A stretch of 63,986 nt of DNA, counting the filler, from Barthelona sp. PAP020 (Eukaryota): assembly GCA_040182905.1 (NCBI GenBank). It is 5 parts of 5 records of this genome, joined end to end, with 100 filler letters (N's around TTAATTAATTAA, not from the genome) between each part and the next. Parts side by side here need not be neighbours in the genome. Positions count along the whole stretch, not along the records: positions 54,992 to 63,986 come from JARQWU010000434.1; 4 more parts are not named here. The stretch is one strand, 5' to 3'. Position 1 is the first letter of the stretch; each line of letters begins with the position of its first letter. The translations under genes and the position numbers were made by a program. The notes under the pieces are model-generated. The model was given only the letters and a program-made list of their open reading frames with translations, did not search any database and was not told the origin of the DNA. Shown here piece by piece: positions 63,296-63,986 of this stretch.

Positions 63296-63985
63296 TCAAA
63301 TTTTAAAGGGGTTGTGTGATTCATCAAAGGGGTTTAATGAAGAAAACATTTGAGAAATTTGAAAGTCATCAGAAAATAAGCTGTGTGCTTCTGATTCATA
63401 GCTCAAGTTCCCAAAATTATATGCACCAAAATTAATATTCTCAGAGAGTGATCTAGGTCTGTTATCAAAAATGTCATCAATGGAGGGAGGCAAATACGAT
63501 TCGTTAATCTTTGAATCACTATTGTTTGTAACAGAAGGTTTTGGAGTCGAAGACACTGTTTCAAAAACACTCAAATGTGTCCCCACTGCTTTGTACTCAT
63601 CAGATACATCCTCTTTCTCACTGTCATACATTTTTGTAAAATTTTGCTTTTCATCAGGAGACGATAAAGTACTGTTAACCAGATTGTTTACACGTTCCAA
63701 TTGATCAATAACAACATTTAAATCCTTTTCCAAGGCAGAAAGTTCTTCAACAATCTTTGCTTTAAAACTAAACTTCAATATAAAATTGTAAAAATCTCTG
63801 TCGAAGTATTGATTGATGTCTCTAATTCTTAAACCTCTATCAGTAACTGTATCGCTGTCTGAATCATCAATAGGTATCAAATTTTGCACAAAATTTAAAA
63901 TCAATCTTATCTCCTTGAGTAATTGGGTATTTGAAACAGTATATCTGGAAATAGTCGAAATATTAGTGTTAACATTGGTGCTTCC
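63296..63985 (-). CDS. 3' portion of a hypothetical protein continuing beyond the window
   Basis: The frame stays open upstream of 63904 to the window end (GSTNVNTNISTISRYTVSNTQLLKEIRLILNFV...). Confidence 0.6.
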   Translation of the reverse strand, partial: GSTNVNTNISTISRYTVSNTQLLKEIRLILNFVQNLIPIDDSDSDTVTDRGLRIRDINQYFDRDFYNFILKFSFKAKIVEELSALEKDLNVVIDQLERVNNLVNSTLSSPDEKQNFTKMYDSEKEDVSDEYKAVGTHLSVFETVSSTPKPSVTNNSDSKINESYLPPSIDDIFDNRPRSLSENINFGAYNFGNLSYESEAHSLFSDDFQISQMFSSLNPFDESHNPFKI

Positions 63986-63986
63986 A

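Noticed and set aside
1..63986. Alternative genetic code (TAR=Gln as in hexamitids)
   Set aside because: Conserved genes are uninterrupted and terminate at TAA, TAG and TGA; internal stops are explained by introns.

Overview
AT-rich, very gene-dense, intron-poor eukaryotic DNA using the standard genetic code (TAA, TAG and TGA all end genes). It is most consistent with an anaerobic flagellated protist, probably a metamonad; this is inferred from the GPI type, a bacterial-type 2-hydroxyacyl-CoA dehydratase/activase gene and cilium genes. The window is five unlinked contigs joined by artificial 100-nt N44-TTAATTAATTAA-N44 spacers. Recognisable genes are BLTP1/Csf1-like, IFT70/TTC30, exportin-4-like, Sec31-like, gamma-tubulin, WBP11-like, LMBR1-domain, FAM161, pecanex, eIF4G-like, proteasome beta-6, Rab2-like, GPI, an XRCC3-like RAD51 paralog, eIF2B-alpha and a class I phosphodiesterase. 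Features not explained by the ORF track: (1) a complete nuclear RNase P RNA gene at 47889-48156 (minus strand); (2) three tiny GT-AG introns (39, 39 and 35 nt); (3) a foldback/MITE-like element with about 300-bp inverted arms and a rearranged second copy; (4) a modular family (kinase-ANK25, ANK15-domain X, and a pseudogene ending in domain X) with DARPin-like variable repeats, resembling a diversifying receptor system; (5) a terminator-like hairpin behind the bacterial-type gene; (6) an unexplained GC-rich structured island near 59.0-59.1 kb. All family calls come from motif recognition by eye; no database search was run.
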